Shown here: positions 33,313 through 34,786 of the stretch, one piece after another
How the letters are laid out: every line of letters begins with the position of its first letter
Numbering within the stretch: position 1 is the first letter of the stretch
From: a virus
DNA length: 34,786 bases
Virus record (IMG/VR): IMGVR_UViG_3300045988_092324
Span: 1 to 34,786 of that record
Strand: one strand, 5' to 3'
Notes under the pieces: generated by a model
What the model saw: the letters and a program-made list of their open reading frames with translations, nothing else
What the model was told of the DNA's origin: nothing
Databases searched by the model: none
Translations under genes and position numbers: made by a program

Positions 33313-33999
33313 ATGGCGAGATATTTAGTGGGCAACATCAAGGGCCCCAAGGGTGACACCGGCGCGACAGGACCACAAGGGCCCGCCGGCGCGCGAGGGG
33401 CCACGGGAGCCACGGGCCCGCAGGGTCCGAAAGGCGACGCGGGCGCGACAGGACCGCAAGGGCCAACCGGCAAGCAGGGGCCGACAGGCCCCACTGGCCC
33501 CGCGGGCTCGCAAGGACCGCAGGGCATCCAGGGGCCTAAAGGTCCGACAGGCCCGCAGGGGCCGCGAGGCCCGCAGGGGCCGTCTGGCGGCGAAATCAAG
33601 GACACGCGCAACGACAACCAGCCGCCGAGCTGGTACATGAAGAACCACGCGAATGAGACTGTAGTCGAGTTCAAGAATGCCAAGGTCATCGGGCTTTCGA
33701 GCAGCGAGACCTATGCGACCCTCGTCACCTTCGTGCAATGGGGCGAAAGTTCCGGCGGGTACCCGAAGCAGGTCGCTATGAGCGGCGAAGACATATGGTG
33801 GCGGCGCGGCGGGTCGGACTCTTCGTGGACGGCGTGGCAGCACATCCTCGATATCCTCGACCCGAACACGATGTGGATCATAGCCCATCGTGTCGGCGAG
33901 TACTTGGAGACGGACGGCTCGTTTGACCCGAACAACATCGGCGGTACATGGGTGCGGGCACCGAGTATCGGGCCGCACACGTGGCTGAGAACTAGTTAA
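33313..33999 (+). CDS. Collagen-like tail fibre with globular C-terminal domain
   Basis: 27 Gly-X-Y triplets (33343-33588), then a Trp-rich ~135-aa domain. Confidence 0.8.
   Translation: MARYLVGNIKGPKGDTGATGPQGPAGARGATGATGPQGPKGDAGATGPQGPTGKQGPTGPTGPAGSQGPQGIQGPKGPTGPQGPRGPQGPSGGEIKDTRNDNQPPSWYMKNHANETVVEFKNAKVIGLSSSETYATLVTFVQWGESSGGYPKQVAMSGEDIWWRRGGSDSSWTAWQHILDILDPNTMWIIAHRVGEYLETDGSFDPNNIGGTWVRAPSIGPHTWLRTS
33343..33588 (+). repeat. Collagen-like Gly-X-Y tract 3 (27 triplets)
   Basis: [12 protein letters not shown] ... GPQ GPS. Shares a 23-nt identical stretch with tract 1 (33349-33371 = 32495-32517). Confidence 0.95.
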
Positions 34000-34009
34000 A
34001 GGAGAGAAC

Positions 34010-34240
34010 ATGGCAAAGACAGAGAATTTCACCCACTACACCTGCGACCGATGCGGCGCTGACGCGTACCTCCAGCAAGGTGCTGCGGCGACTGGTGACT
34101 GGCGCGAGGTCGAGCGCTTCGACCAGTACGGCAGCAGGGCCACGCGCCTGCTGTGCAAGGGGTGCACGGACGCGTACAAGAAGCTCGCCGCCAAGCACGA
34201 CGGCGAGTTCCAGCAGTTCATGAGCAACGCGAAGGAGTAG
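34010..34240 (+). CDS. Small zinc-ribbon protein (76 aa) between the fibre genes
   Basis: RBS AAAGGAGAG. Motifs CDRCG...CKGC. Confidence 0.65.
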   Translation: MAKTENFTHYTCDRCGADAYLQQGAAATGDWREVERFDQYGSRATRLLCKGCTDAYKKLAAKHDGEFQQFMSNAKE

Positions 34241-34244
34241 TAAC

Positions 34245-34786
34245 ATGGCATTTGAAATCGTGGACGGCATGACGGGGACCAAGCACATCAGCTCAGACGA
34301 CCTGTCGGCGCTGAACGTCGCGACCATCGGCAAAGCAAACTGCGTGCTGGAGTACGGTGACGACTTCAAGCTCACGATGGCGAGCGCGAACAGCGCGACG
34401 CTCGGCACCGGTGTAGGTATGGTCGGCGGCAAGAGATTTTGGAACCAGGCGGCAACCTCGCTGACGGTCCAGTCTGGTACGCAGGGCCAGAAGCGTAACG
34501 ACCTCGTCGTAGCCCGCTACGCGAAGACCAGCGCGGGCATCGAGAGCATCACGCCCGTCGTCGTCAAGGGCACGCCCAGCACGGGGACGGCGGCGGACCC
34601 CGCGACGACCTCCAACGACCTGAAGCTCTGGCGCATCCCGCTGAACGGCATCAGCGTCGGCACGCCCGTGAGGCTCTTCGACCCCGTGGCCTCGCTCGCG
34701 ACCCTCGGGGATTCTGTATCCCAAGGCCGCGACCCGTCGCTCGACCGCAGCGGGACTGCCGAGGGATGGAACTATTCACTCGTTCA
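34245..34786 (+). CDS. Tail fibre-like protein, N-terminal 180 codons only (ORF open at the window end)
   Basis: RBS GAAGGAG 7 nt upstream of ATG, high GC3, no stop codon before 34786. Absent from the ORF track because it is unterminated. Confidence 0.75.
   Translation, partial: MAFEIVDGMTGTKHISSDDLSALNVATIGKANCVLEYGDDFKLTMASANSATLGTGVGMVGGKRFWNQAATSLTVQSGTQGQKRNDLVVARYAKTSAGIESITPVVVKGTPSTGTAADPATTSNDLKLWRIPLNGISVGTPVRLFDPVASLATLGDSVSQGRDPSLDRSGTAEGWNYSLV
34710..34786. repeat. Terminal inverted repeat, right copy, lying in frame inside the fibre-like ORF
   Basis: Exact reverse complement of 1-77. It starts at a codon boundary (Asp156) of the ORF that begins at 34245. Confidence 0.97.

Larger units (their letters stand above)
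1..34786. mobile_element. Near-complete temperate siphovirus-like phage genome (circularly permuted contig, no host genes visible)
   Basis: Contiguous lysis, integrase, CI/Cro switch, RecT/SSB/RusA, terminase-portal-capsid-tail-fibre modules. Almost all genes after the switch are on +. Confidence 0.85.

Noticed and set aside
32426-33588. Diversity-generating retroelement (template/variable repeat pair) among the near-identical collagen-coding repeats
   Set aside because: There is no reverse transcriptase gene anywhere in the window. The similarity is explained by Gly-X-Y codon periodicity, and the differences are not adenine-specific.
1-34786. Terminal inverted repeats read as the genuine ends of a linear, protein-primed or hairpin-telomere genome
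   Set aside because: A coding ORF (from 34245) runs through the right repeat and is still open at the last base. No protein-primed DNA polymerase, terminal protein or protelomerase-sized gene is present. The gene order closes sensibly as a circle. The repeat length (77) equals a common assembly k-mer, so the ends look like an assembly break at a longer internal inverted repeat.

Overview
The window (~65% GC, strong GGAGG-type ribosome binding sites, no host genes visible) is a near-complete temperate siphovirus-like phage genome. The host is probably actinobacterial, because the phage encodes an mIHF homologue and an amidase with ChW-like repeats. The contig is circularly permuted. Reading left to right: a 288-aa tyrosine recombinase (-); a lysis cassette (membrane protein, holin, signal-peptide amidase); a putative attP; the integrase (-); two accessory genes (-) downstream of a CI/LexA-like repressor (-); and an AT-rich divergent switch. 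Then, all on +: Cro, small early genes, an excisionase-family HTH protein, RusA, RecT, DUF1351, mIHF-like, SSB and a replication-organiser-like gene. These are followed by small Cys-rich genes, a lower-GC accessory island (Lar-like, DUF4406, paralogous Cys proteins), TerS/TerL, portal, MuF, scaffold, capsid, connectors, major tail, a G/GT frameshifted chaperone, tape measure, Dit, a Tal-like collagen-repeat protein, a second collagen fibre and a final fibre-like ORF that runs off the end. The most unusual signal is at the two contig ends, which form a perfect 77-bp inverted repeat. One copy lies in frame inside the open-ended fibre ORF. The other starts inside the stop codon of the extra tyrosine recombinase. 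This is the footprint expected of an unassembled invertible tail-fibre C-terminus (host-range switch) driven by a tyrosine recombinase rather than a serine recombinase. Secondary leads: (1) a Rex-like accessory pair (DUF4041/T5orf172 plus a tail-anchored membrane protein) in the repressor operon; (2) a duplicated 52-bp element with TATAAT boxes and downstream terminators; (3) a candidate antisense sRNA over an early-gene RBS; (4) CTAG-rich iteron-like repeats inside the replication gene; (5) a MuF protein with a JAB/RadC-like C-terminal extension. All functional calls come from reading the translations by eye and recalling motifs. No searches were run.
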